A stretch of DNA of 63,944 nucleotides, filler included, from Basidiobolus ranarum (GCA_040143965.1; 3 parts of 3 records of this genome joined end to end with filler, not necessarily neighbours in it), one strand, 5' to 3'; positions 15,199 through 27,478 are shown, numbered from the whole stretch's first letter. Program-made: numbers and translations. Notes: a model not told the origin generated them from the sequence alone.

Positions 15199-17126
15199 AA
15201 ATACCAAAACCCTTTCATATGTACTAGATATACATACTCTATTAGTACCAGCACTTCATTTCTTATGTGTAAAAACCCCTCAAATCATTGTGATTGTAAG
15301 AAAGCCCATTAACGAACACCATGCAGTGCTGTTGCACCAGACTAGAGTTTCATCAGTTGCATAGGGTAGTAAGGCTTCTACTTCAAATATATTTATCAGA
15401 TATCCCAATAGCTTTTATTTTCAAGAATTCTTTTTCTCTTCCATTAATGGAATGTTCACGTGATACATATTGGTGCCTTCGGTAAATTGAGGGCTACTTA
15501 TAGATTGGAGCCTGTATGTTTATGAACAACCAAAAAGATATTAGTAATACCCATGCTACTGAACAACATTCACTTGAAATAAAAGAATTGTTTATCATGT
15601 ATTTGCAATTTCCCTTCAGTAAGGCTTGATTCTCATCATGACTTTCTTAATAATAAGACATATATTGTAGTGAATATGTTACATAGAAGTATACGGTGTA
15701 TTAGACAAAGCATGGACTCTGTAGGTATAAAGAACTTACGTGAATTTGGTAAGACTCGAAAAAACTTCAGTTCCGATATTGGTGTGAGAGAACATGCTAC
15801 AGCACACATGTGTGTTTTGTACACCCCTATGGATTATACAAACTAGTGGTGAGCTATACAAAACATATGGTTTTCAGCACATGGGAGGTATTACAAGATG
15901 GTTCACCGAATAAATCAGAAAATGATAGTATAGGCTCCCTCTTATCGTAATTTGGTGGTAAAGTAGATATTTATTGCAATTAGTATGAATGAGCTGAAAT
16001 AGAAAGTGGACTATTCTAAGAATGTTCCCGAATGAGTCTGCCCATATTCGGCTACGGCTATCCGTGTTGAATTTTACCATTTTGTTATAGAATAACGACA
16101 CTCAAATCAGTAAAAATATCTTCTTAGAACAAGGCTCAGCCGAAAAAGGGAAGATCGAAGCTTAACTCTGACATAAAGCCTCCTAGATCACTCGACTAGA
16201 TTTTCTGAATGACAAGCTTTCCCAAAGCATATTCTATGTTGGTTCTATAGGGTGATTCTGGCGAGATGAACTAAGACACAGTGTCTCAACTAAACCATGC
16301 TGTCTTTTATGCTTGCTATCTTGAACCCAATCAACCAGTCTCCAATCTCGACATTAGGAGCAGCCATATTTGACTTTTGAAGCGCTTTGGTATCTTTAAC
16401 GGTCACAAGATATGCTCTAGAAGTAGGCATTTTAATGACGTGGCAACCATATCTTCTGGAATAGTACCCAAAAAGGAATTGCTATAAAGAGATTCTTGAC
16501 GAATGGTCTATTTACGCTTTGCTATTTGCCTTTATTAGCTGGTGAACAACGGCAGGTCTTAGTGGAGGGAGTTTCGGAGAGGAACAACTCGAAATCCAAT
16601 AGAAATCAAACTAATCCCTATGCTATGCAGACGTGTGACAGTGATGGTGTAGTCTGCACTCTAGTCTCCATTCTCAGTATCAAAGGCCGTGGTCCTATTA
16701 GTATTCTTTTGGACGGGGATAGAGAGAGATCCGTATTTCTGTGGCATCGCCAGTTGCTTCCCTTAGTGAGTGTTCAGCAAAACTAACATTCAGGGTTGGC
16801 CGATTTGTCTCTGACTTGATATCATTCTGATCTTCATAGTTTTCGGATCAGCACTAATCTCTTTTCTCACGCCATAAACCCTCCATCATCATTTGATAAA
16901 TACTGGTATCAGTTTGACTTGGGCATAGGCGCGCCAGTAGAGGCTATAATTGGTAATTCTAACATTCCCATTACACTGAAAATAGAAATAACAAGTTATC
17001 TGGTATCCCTGTCTTGTGCCAATAAATGATTCACAATGGTTCACTGGGTAATGATTTATCTTTATTTTCAATTCGTTGCCCATGTTGTATTTTTACGAAT
17101 AAGCAATGCTTGGGAAGAAGGTAAGC

Positions 17127-17666
17127 TCAGAACACATTATGCTGGGGCAAAACGCTACGCATATCTTGAGGTTGAGGCGAAGGAGTACGATGTCCATTAA
17201 CCGCTAGAGTATCCTGCTCAACTATTCCGTCCCCTAGACGATCTTCAGGGTCATTGTACATTCCACGCAAGTCTTGCTGGAATCTTTCTGGATGTGACGT
17301 ATGTGGTGTGCCAAGGTGGGTAACAGATCGGAGATCTTGGGGGATGGCCTCCGGTGTATGTTGACTGTGTGATTCTAATTTACTTCCGACCTCTTGGGGA
17401 GCAGTGTGCTGTTGGGTTGTAACAGTTGAAGCAGGACCGTTGCCAATGGGGCCATCATAGGAGGTGCTTTCCATATACCTTTGGGTCGAGGTAACACCAG
17501 GTTGCTGATGATCATTGAGCACTTTGTGAGCGACGTTGCTGCTCACACCAACTTGACTTGGATCAGTACGGCCATTGTTGGTAGTAACAGTGGCAGCTGA
17601 GCCATGATAGCGGTTTGGAGAGTCTGGGAAAGAACCGGGGATTTGATTTGTGTTGGAGCTATTCAT
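17127..17666 (-). CDS. Hydrophilic disordered protein with IPGSFP motif and QD[LM]R repeats
   Basis: 179-aa ATG-initiated ORF, S/T/Q/H/P-rich, TATA-like AATATAAATAG upstream. Confidence 0.6.
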   Translation of the reverse strand: MNSSNTNQIPGSFPDSPNRYHGSAATVTTNNGRTDPSQVGVSSNVAHKVLNDHQQPGVTSTQRYMESTSYDGPIGNGPASTVTTQQHTAPQEVGSKLESHSQHTPEAIPQDLRSVTHLGTPHTSHPERFQQDLRGMYNDPEDRLGDGIVEQDTLAVNGHRTPSPQPQDMRSVLPQHNVF

Positions 17667-18901
17667 TTTAAACTAATTTGTAGTCCATCGCTAACGTTAT
17701 CGTTAGACTATTTATATTTCTTTCTTAACCAAGGACTCCAACACATTCACCTCTAACATATCAAAAACAGCTCGCCCTCGCCAATCAATCTACCTGCATG
17801 TTATAGCTCCAAAACGTCACCATTTGTGAGCTCAGCGTCATCATCAGAATCAATGGTGAGAAATAGGGTCTTTATGCGGGGCTCCACTTCGTACAATTCT
17901 CTCAATTGGCTTGGTGGAGATGCAATGAAGTATTTGTGATGGCTTCAGTTATCAAGCATCTTGTTAAATATCTATTGGCTTGGAAGTATTTAATCACTAA
18001 ATCCAAAGGTGACGTTGATCTACACGTACTAACCAGAAACGCAAAAGCGGTAATGTTCGTGCAATGCATACTTTTTTATTTCGTTGGAACTCAACTCTGA
18101 GATCTACTCCTACTCCCAGAATTACTCACTTGATTCAAATATGCATCGCAAGTCATGGAAATTTAATACAATGTTTACTTGCTCGAAATCAGTGATTCTC
18201 TAGTGCGGAACATGGTTCCATCTGAATATTGTTGACCGAAGTCAATACAGGTACTTGAATAGTAGTAATGTTATACGACATAGGTGGTGGCTTATTGGTC
18301 ATCTTTGGTGTATACTATTCTTCCTGAATGTGAGTGTGTGTAATCAATCAAAGTACAAACAAACAGTGTATACAGTACAAAGGCGACTAAATTATCAAAT
18401 GCTGCAAATTATTCCGGAATAGTTCAAAATCGAAAATGATTACTTGGTTAATAAATGGCGCAATAGGGTTAGTCATAGATATATATATAATCTATTGAAT
18501 TATAGTCGCACTCGGGTCCCAGGTATCGATCTGACGGGTATTCCTGACCTGTAGAAAGTCCTGATCGAGGTTTCTTAACGGATGAACACCGACATAATAC
18601 TCTATTCCATATCATTTATACATGTTTCGGTGTGTAACCTTTCATAGAAGTGGAAATGGGTCCATGAATTCATTTGCTGAAAATGTAAGGATTATAAAAT
18701 TTGCGATTCTAAATATTCTTTTAATTCAGGATGGTATTGCCTGGACCCTTTCTCGTTACTTCTGTTTTAATAGTATTTCAACTCTTAGTGGCTTTAAACT
18801 TCTTGCCTTCTAAAATATTTCCACAATAGTAAGGTTTCTTGCTCAAGGGTATATTTCACATACAGTACTTGAAAAACACGTGCTTTTGCTCATTCACCGA
18901 A

Positions 18902-20940
18902 ATGTCCCCTGACTATGGGCCCGAAGGTTTGGTGGAAACCAAAACGGCTTTAACGCCTCGTAATGATTATACCTCGTATAAAACATACCTAACTTTGCTG
19001 ATATGTATTGTTAGCTTGGTGTCTCTAGCAAGGGCCAGGTCTGGGCTAAAGATTAGTCGTTCAATTGTATCGCTATTATCCGGGGCATTAATGGTGGCTT
19101 TTGATATGATTACTCCTAATGAGGCATATAACAGCTTACATGGAAGCTCCTTATTACTATTGTTTTCTTTTATGATTATCATGACGAAATTTAACGACAA
19201 GGTAATACCCAGTGTTATACAACATTGTGGCCATTTATCGACTGGTAGTCAACTCAAATAGTGCACCGCAACTAACCTTTTTTTCTCTAATATCTATTAG
19301 GGCTTTGTGTATTACTTTCGTCAGCTCCTGTTATGGGGCGCTCCAACACCACTAAATTTGATGCTGCGCTTATCATTTTTATCTGGGCTATTGGGGTTCT
19401 TTTTCATGGCCGATATTTTCGCTGTATATGTTTGTACGGTGGTGATTACTCTATGTGAAGATTATGAGCTCGATATCGAGCCTTTTTCTGTGGCTGCTGT
19501 AAGTTGTTCAGATATCTATTTGCGTGACTCTTGTTTCGAGAAATAATCTAAATCTTGTATATGATTTATAGGTCACTGCGAGCAATATTGGGTCGACGGC
19601 ATGTATCATCGGTAATATGAATAATGTACTTGCGCACGAAATGATCCCTGGTTTAGATTTCACAACGTATTTCTTACGCATGTCAATCCCTGCTATCACC
19701 GGATTACTTCTTAACGCAATATTTCTTTGGTTCTATTACCGAAATTCGCTTCCGAGAGCGAGGCTGTGGGCTTCTAGTCATGCAGAGTATAATCATATTG
19801 CAATTGATTCTCCTGAATTTTACATAATTGCTCAGGAATACGCTAAAGCAGCACAAAACAAAAATACTCTATATATAGATGAGAGAACTAACAATCGTAC
19901 AGTTGAGCCAATCTCCATCACCATCTCAGACAGTGATACTGACACCAACGAACATACGAAATTGTTGAATCAACCGGTTCCAATCTACTGCGAGATTTTA
20001 TCTACTTCTCCCGAAAGTATTTCTGGTTACGACGATGTCAATGCTCCACCAAGTACACCTGTAGAGCCTTACTCTGTGGAGTTACCCATTTCTCAGAGTA
20101 GATGTCCACCATCTCCTCCGCCATCATTACTGATTCCGCCTGCTGGTTTCTTGTCGAGCGGTCACTCATCACTATCATCAAGACTTTCACCTACGCGAAA
20201 GAAGCATGGACTTTTTTTCGATAAAACCATATTAGGATTCTTAGAGTCTTGGAGATCGCACTATCGAACCATTATCACTGTATTGGCGCTTGTCTTTATG
20301 TATATTAGCCTTATTTTCAAAGACCATGTCGGCTGGACTGCATTGGTGGTGGCTTTGACAATTGCGCTGGTGGATAATGGAAGAGAATCTAATGATTTGT
20401 TCGTTGACTTGGACTTTCCATCCATTGCTTATTATTTCGGGTTATTTGTAATGATCCGAGGAGTTGAAGAAACCCCTATTATAAACGACATCTGGCACAT
20501 GGTGTATACCAGACTAGCTTCTGTATATAACCCAATCATCTTGATAGTTTGTTTTGCAACCTTAGTACTTTTAGTCACCATGATCCTAACCCCCGTTCCC
20601 ACCTTGCTTGTCCTGCTGCCGCTGATGGAGCATATGGTGTATGATACATATGGGCAGAGGCTAGTGTGGTTACTACTATGGTGTATAACTATCTCTAGCA
20701 ATCTCTGGCCTACTGGGAGTGTTGCTGGATTAGCCATGAAGGTAAGCTCAACTCCATTTCAAAACAAGGAAGTTTATAATACAAGTCAATCATATTAACT
20801 TATCTATTTAGGAAACGGCCAAAATCAGTACGATAGAAGAGATTCGTACCCGTTTCGATAGCACTAAGTTTTGGTTGAAATATTCTCTATGGTCAACTCC
20901 AATCATCATGACAATCGGCATAGCAACCATATTTGTCTAA
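18902..20940 (+). CDS. Lsi2/ArsB/NhaD-superfamily membrane transporter, 4 exons
   Basis: RSIVSLLSGALMVAFDMITPNEAY, ASNIGSTACIIGNMNN, YFGLFVMIRGVEET, WCITISSNLWPTGSVAGL parallel plant Lsi2 motifs; many TM segments; GT-AG introns. Confidence 0.8.
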
Positions 20941-21585
20941 CAATTTAAGCATTCACTTGACTTGAATATCTACGTTGTGGAATGATATGTGAGCTTACAC
21001 ACTCTGAAGTATTTATTAGTTATTTTAATGAACTCCCTCTCTAAACTCTACGCAAAGTAGTATATCTTAAATTATCGTTTTCTATTCTCATTGTAAATAA
21101 AGCCAAGTACTTCAATTAGTAACGTGAAACCTGAAAGTAGACTATCGATCAATTTTATATTGCTTAAACATTCAATGGAAACCATCAACATCCCTACAGT
21201 GTAGATATAAGATCAGAATATAAGTGAATATTAAGGATCACACAGCGACAAGTGTCACTAATTGATTTCTTTATGAAGATTATAATATAAATAGAGATCA
21301 AAAAGAATATTAATCCAAAAGAATATGTTGACTTTCGTAAGTTCCAATTGAAAGGAGGTGTAGCAAAGACGAAAGAATTGTTAATGCGATGAATAGATAA
21401 ATGTACTTTTGGATGCTTCAATAGAGTAAAGGTATGGAAAACGTCATTCTCTTTAGAGTGGAAGACTTCCAACTGAATAAATGTCAAGGATGACACAACA
21501 AAGTAGTAGCTTAACGTGGAAAGGAAGGGAGAACGAAGAAAATTCGGCTTTCCCTTTCTATTTTCTCTTCATGCTAATCTTCCGG

Positions 21586-22101
21586 TTATTTTCCAAGAGG
21601 ATGTGATTTCTTTGCCATTGGTTTGTACTCGGTCTCATCTACTTCTATGTTACTTTCGCTCAAATTATGCGTCCGGTCAAGTTGAGATACCTCCGGGGTT
21701 GACTCGGCGTATCTACTTTTAATATCTTCAAAAAATGTTTTAAGAACGTCTTTATCTTGAGGTAATTCTAGTAAGAACAAGTTGGGCGGTGGTATCACTG
21801 TTCCGGCAAAGGGGCCCATTCTCACATATTCGGGAATTGTGGAAGAACTAGTCTCCAACTCTTCAGGTAACTCCGACTCAAAGTTATTATCAAAAATAGT
21901 ATCCGCGGTTGGAGTGCGTGGTAGAGGCTTGGGGAAGATTGCTGAAAAGAACCAAAAAAAATATTAACTTTAAGAAATATCCAGGAGGTTAATCATAGTA
22001 TTTTACCTTCTGTGTTTAAAAAAGCATCGTTTCCGTTCACACTCAACAAAGGTCGGTGTAAAGCGAAAAACCTACTGCTTGCTAGATCTTCACACTTGAT
22101 C
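21586..22101 (-). CDS. 3' part of an unknown gene cut by the gap
   Basis: Exon with SRFFALHRPLL, intron about 21943-22006, open exon to stop at 21586. Confidence 0.45.
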
Positions 22102-22201
22102 NNNNNNNNNNNNNNNNNNNNNNNNNNNNNNNNNNNNNNNNNNNNTTAATTAATTAANNNNNNNNNNNNNNNNNNNNNNNNNNNNNNNNNNNNNNNNNNN
22201 N
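22102..22201. other. Assembly spacer: 44 N + TTAATTAATTAA + 44 N
   Basis: All-frame stop linker inside Ns; identical structure at 44279-44378. Confidence 0.97.
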
Positions 22202-22391
22202 GTGCTCTTCCAAGTAGATAAGCAGCAGCAAATATATTTCTTACACCCACCACAAAAGCGATTTGTTCTTTTAATCTAACCACGTTTTGCTCTTGCCACT
22301 TCCGCATCATCTTCTCTTGTTTTCTACAAACATCTTGAAAGTACAAATTTCGAGTTTTACTTGCTGGAGAAGCTGTAGAATAATAACTCAT
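22202..22391 (-). CDS. Fragment resembling glycerophosphocholine acyltransferase (Gpc1/DUF2838), running into gap
   Basis: VVRLKEQIAFVVGVRNIFAAAYLLG resembles the start of the DUF2838 TM region; could be a relic. Confidence 0.45.
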
Positions 22392-22856
22392 ATTTGCTAT
22401 CTATTGATTAGATAAATGATACACTATGTGACCAAGAGAAAAATGATAATGTTGAAGGATCTGGTCATAATGAGGATAAACTTAGGGTGGACAAACCCAA
22501 AGGTGCCAGTAATATTAATTTATCATGCTAGAATTAGAAATAAAACTACAGGACATCTTTTAGTTACTATATTCATATCCGGTAAGTGTGCAGTATATCA
22601 AAATATGCGGTAGGAGGTATTCATACAAGCCCTTTAGCTTAAATTGAATATGTAGAATGAAGCACTTATAATGGAAAGATGTGAAAGGCTAGTTGCATGA
22701 GTTTGTTGAAATATTAAAATGGAGCATCAGACTTTTGATATAGCCTGTCTAGCATGTTACAAATTTGTTAACTGAATCTTCATTAGTCATAGGTACAACA
22801 CATAAGTGAGTATATTTCTGAAATGTTGAAAGAAGGCAAAATATCCATGCCCATCT

Positions 22857-23184
22857 TGTTAAAGTATTTGGGAGCCTGTTGGAAACGATTTGGAGAATTA
22901 GAGAAATTGGTGGTTTTCACTTATTGATTTATTGAGTAAAAAGTTGATATTTATACCTTTGTCAAGATGTAAACAAAGTAACGTGTATAATGTGCTAAGG
23001 AAGGTTCCGGGAACATGTGTGCAGAGTTTGGGGCTTCTAGCACAAGTTTGAAAATCTATATATCTGAGAACTTCTAAGTAAATTCCAATTGAGAATAATG
23101 GGTAATATCTTGGTGAAATATAAGATAACTAAATACCAAGCTATATATGACTATATAGGTGTTTAGGCAATGCTAATTTCAACA
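22857..23184 (+). repeat. Dispersed repeat family A, copy 1
   Basis: About 330 bp aligning as a diverged reverse complement to 44895-45223. Confidence 0.9.
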
Positions 23185-23597
23185 CATCTAACTCTTCTCA
23201 GAATGCTTCCTTCATATTCACAGTACCCTGGATGTATACATTTGTTATTTGTCTGTCTTTCAATAATAACTATGGATACTGATTTTCAATTTAATTGTAT
23301 CACATGTACAAATCATATGTTGCTTGGCTGAATATTTCTAATTAATCCCAAGAGCTTACCACCATATCCTCTGTCAGTGGTGTTAAACAATTCTGATCTC
23401 TCTCTTGGATTCTGTGGAAATCCATACTGTCCAGGTACTGTATAGTGTCAAGAAATCATGATGCCATAATAAAGATACTACCAAATGGTTTATTGAAGCT
23501 ATCTACCTGATGTAAAACTTACAGTCATTCATATAATATTTAAGCTCAAAAGATGCTCATTTCTTTCTTTACAACGAACTAGGTTCAAGTACAAGAA

Positions 23598-23789
23598 TCA
23601 AGAGCAGCCAGTCCACAAGCAGCATCTATTGCCATTTGGACCACATCCCCAATCCTTGCAGCATCCACGTGGCACAACAGTGCTTTGGTTGCTGGGTAAT
23701 TCAGCCTCTGTTTGAATGGGATTCGCCAAAGTAGTGCATATAGCAAATGCAATGGCTATAGGAAGAACAGTGACAAAATACAGTTTCAT
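23598..23789 (-). CDS. Small secreted cysteine-rich prepropeptide (63 aa)
   Basis: Signal peptide MKLYFVTVLPIAIAFAICTTLA, pro-region ending in PR, 6-Cys C-terminal peptide; TATATAA at 23844-23850 and AATAAA at 23489-23494 on the minus strand. Confidence 0.85.
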   Translation of the reverse strand: MKLYFVTVLPIAIAFAICTTLANPIQTEAELPSNQSTVVPRGCCKDWGCGPNGNRCCLWTGCS

Positions 23790-24095
23790 TGTTCTAGTTG
23801 AAAGTGACTTACTTAATGAATTTCAAGTCTGGTATTACCCACCTTATATACTGATTTTGATGTGAAGTGTTGTTGTTAGCACGAGAAAATGTTTAGTAGA
23901 CAGTTGTTTCTAGTCTTGCATGTTAAGCCCAGAAAATGTAAACAAAGGCGAAAAGGATAGAAAGATTTTTCTTTTCTGTTTGTTATCACTATTGCTTATT
24001 TCTTAAAAACATCCATTGTTCATTTTGTTAGGAAGGTTATTTTAACCACTTAATAAACTCATGAATTATGAAGATAGAATACTATATCGCAACCT

Positions 24096-24560
24096 TTATT
24101 TAACTTCTTTTCTCATACAAACGCTGTTTGGAGCATCAACATATACACCGTACCTGTCAGTAAGTTGATATCCATGCTTTGTGTAAAAGCTGATTGCTTC
24201 GAGCATGTTCTCGCCAGTCTCCAGTATGATCTCCTTGAAGTTTAATTCTTTAATCCATTTCTCCGATTCAGCGATTACGGCCGAAGCAACGCCTAATTTC
24301 CTTTTTTCAGGGGCGACAAACATTCTTTTTAATTCAGCTTTTTGAGCATCATATGGTCGAAAACAAACGCAGCCAACTGGTTCCTCCTCATCATATGCCA
24401 TGACTACGGTGTCAATGTATTCGAGAGTATTTAGTTCCACATAGGCATTTCGCTCTTCGTTACTGAGATGGCCATCAGCTATGGCTAAATACGCGTCCAA
24501 GGCAGCTATCAATTGTTTGAAGCCTTTGCCGTTACTGTCTGTTCTCTCAACCCTAAGCAT
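24096..24560 (-). CDS. Intronless bacterial-type GNAT acetyltransferase
   Basis: MLRVERTDS...LDAYLAIADG, PVGC, ELKRMFVAPEKRKLGVAS, LETGENMLEAISFYTKHGY, YGVY...SVCMRK; first ATG at 24560. Confidence 0.9.
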   Translation of the reverse strand: MLRVERTDSNGKGFKQLIAALDAYLAIADGHLSNEERNAYVELNTLEYIDTVVMAYDEEEPVGCVCFRPYDAQKAELKRMFVAPEKRKLGVASAVIAESEKWIKELNFKEIILETGENMLEAISFYTKHGYQLTDRYGVYVDAPNSVCMRKEVK

Positions 24561-26233
24561 GTCGTGTATGAGTAAGAGACAACAGAGCAAGTTTCAGATA
24601 GATTAGAATTAATTAATAATCTTACACCTCATGAAATCTAATCTTGAGTAACTTATCTTTGCCCAATCCTATATGATCGCGCAATCGGATCGAAAAGAAT
24701 GGTGCTATTTTTAGACATCAGATGTAATGGTCAATTTGAATCAACGCTCTTGAGCACATTCCTACAATGTTATTTAGCCTAGGATCTGATTATAGTTGCT
24801 ATCCTCAGATTCAAAGCTAGAGCCAAACTGAGCAGATACATATTCGAATCATCTCAACCATTGATATTGGCATTAAGTTAATTTGTATCTTGGTTGAGTT
24901 GTAAAAATATTGAATAAAAGACTCATACTACGTGATTTCAAGCATGATGCTTGTCTGATGCGCACAGGAATGGCATTATTAAACGTAGTTAATCATTTCA
25001 TCGTCTATCATCTCGGTGATTATTCCCATTTATGTGTGTCCAATTAAGCGATTCTAAATATTGTGGGATTCTCATAAAATGCCCCACAATAATGATTTTA
25101 TGCGATTGTATTTGGCACATCATCCATATTCCTTTCTCACTGGATATAACTTCGAATTGTATGTAGCAGTGTTTGAAGTTTTGCTAGTTTAGTTATCTTA
25201 TTATATATTGTGGTACAGTGGAGAGATTCTTAAGGTTAGTAAATGTGATTATCTAATGCTGCTTTGTATTTGATGTATACAATTGAAAGGGCTTTTATAG
25301 GTAAATGAAATACAGTAACGGTTTGTAAGCAAATGAGATACCGCAATAACTGACATTATCTCAGAAGCTTTGTAGAGTGTTGGTATGATTAATGAGATAC
25401 TGATTCTTCGATCATTCTAGTTAAGTTCAAGATAAGCGTTTATATACAGATTTGAATATCAATAATATCCGAACTATTTAGGCTAGTATGACAGGTTTGG
25501 GGAGCTACCTATCAATTGAATGGAGAGCAGAGAGAGTAAGATTAGCACAGAAATTAGAGTAGGCACACGGTTACCTTATTAGAGTTACAGGTGCATTTAT
25601 AAAGCCTAAATAGCACCACTGTGCAACAATCAAACCCGCAAATGAACATGCAATCCAGTATTCATGTCTTATCTAGCAATCAACTGATCCGTTTTGTACG
25701 AGGGTGTGGATGAAATTCTAACATTGGATATTTGGTCGCTACTGACATTAGAATGAACATGCACATGTATATATAGAGCGCATTCACGTGCTCAAGGTAG
25801 AATGCTTTTTGGTCTATGCCCTGAATTTGGTTAGATGTTACAAAGATCAATAATCAAAAACCAATACCAGTAGACTCTGATTGTTCCCACACCCGCGCCC
25901 ACACCCCCACCCCCATTCACATTACCAAGTGAATTAGCAAGGGACATAAAAGTTCTACTACTAAATGATTCTGGCACAATTACTGAAACTTTATAATTCA
26001 AATTAAGTGATGATATCCATTTGCATGGTTAACTCGGTTCTAACTTTATTACTAATAAGGAAAGTTGGACCAGGTGAGCTTTCACTTACTCTACCACCAA
26101 TTATTGGCTAGTTGGATTATTGGGATACCTGAGTTACTTTGTTTACCCATATATAACTAGTCGAAGGTTTCTTAAACTTTATTCTCTTTTTTGTTTCTTT
26201 CGATATTTCTTGTTCCTTGGTGAAACTCATACA

Positions 26234-27478
26234 ATGAGATATTCACGGCTTTACCTTGTAATATTTGTTTTATGCTCACTACTGAGTTTAACACATTCAG
26301 CTGTAGCACCAGGAGTAACAACGTCCCATGCTGCTTCCCCTTCCGCCACCAAAACTTCACAGAATGCCCATTCTACCAATGGAACTCCAAGCGCTCAGGA
26401 GCATGACTCTACTGCCAATAAAGACAAAAACGAAACTGCAGATGCCGAGCACGGAGCAGAGGCAGAAGAAGGAAATCATCGTTTTTCTGATTTTGCTCCA
26501 CACGGCTCAATCTTCTTTTACTTATTAACGACCATCACTGCGACCTTGAATATCTGTTGTTCAAGTGCTGTAATTTACACCTCTTACACCGATTATCAAG
26601 AGCTAAAGTATAAGAATATTCATATGCGTAAAAAGCCTCACTTATCCTCATCCATCCGGTTTCCCTTTTACATCGCAATGTTGGATCTTTTCTTAGGGCT
26701 TGTTACTCTTTTCATGGTATCAGATACTATGTATTTTGACGAACTACCCTCGACCAATGTTTGCGCATTTATCGGCGGTATTATGTATCTTGGAATCCTA
26801 GTGGAGATGACAGTGGTTGGAACAGTGGCTGTGGTTACTTATTTACAACTCGCGCTGAAAATTAATATTTACCTAGGTCGCTGGGACTGGAAAGTATGGG
26901 TTGCCTGCGTTTTGAGCTGTTTAATCATCGCTATTATCGGTATCGTTACCAAGGGTTTTGGTCCAGATATGTACTGGTGCCTGGTTAATGAGCACACTGA
27001 GGCAGGTCACGTGTTTCTCAAGCTTTTCTTAGGAATCCATTATGCAGTCCTGTTTATTGTATTGGTATGCTACCTAGGAGTGTTGTTCAATATGGTGTAT
27101 CGTCCAACATCCCACCATGGTCATAACGAAACCCAAGAGCATGGAAAGATCAAACGCACCATTACCGTTGGCGTCCAGCGCACTCTTACTATGCGACAAG
27201 CAGTTCACCATCATCAAAAACATACTGAGCATCTAGGCATGGCACTATTCCTTCATGTATTCCATTTCACCCCTGCCATTATACACATGATTCTTCAGTT
27301 GAAAAACTATCATCGTGCTTGGGTGTACGTTCTGGCTGCTGCTTTCATTCAGCTTGGGGGTGTCCTGAATGGGTTTGAAGTATTCATGCACCGTAAGAGA
27401 CCACATGCTCGTGAACGTTATCAAAACTTACCTGAGGAATATCCAGTTGACGAGCTGCCCCACCACCCTCAGCATTAA
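26234..27478 (+). CDS. 7TM receptor (Git3/cAMP-receptor-like GPCR) with signal peptide
   Basis: Signal peptide, S/T/A-rich ectodomain, seven hydrophobic segments, RFPFYIAMLD, Cys atop TM3 and FGPDMYWC in ECL2; intronless. Confidence 0.82.
   Translation: MRYSRLYLVIFVLCSLLSLTHSAVAPGVTTSHAASPSATKTSQNAHSTNGTPSAQEHDSTANKDKNETADAEHGAEAEEGNHRFSDFAPHGSIFFYLLTTITATLNICCSSAVIYTSYTDYQELKYKNIHMRKKPHLSSSIRFPFYIAMLDLFLGLVTLFMVSDTMYFDELPSTNVCAFIGGIMYLGILVEMTVVGTVAVVTYLQLALKINIYLGRWDWKVWVACVLSCLIIAIIGIVTKGFGPDMYWCLVNEHTEAGHVFLKLFLGIHYAVLFIVLVCYLGVLFNMVYRPTSHHGHNETQEHGKIKRTITVGVQRTLTMRQAVHHHQKHTEHLGMALFLHVFHFTPAIIHMILQLKNYHRAWVYVLAAAFIQLGGVLNGFEVFMHRKRPHARERYQNLPEEYPVDELPHHPQH

Noticed and set aside
22146-22157. 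TTAATTAATTAA palindrome repeated at both N-runs
   Set aside because: Artificial all-frame stop linker, not biology; it also makes synteny across the gaps unreliable.
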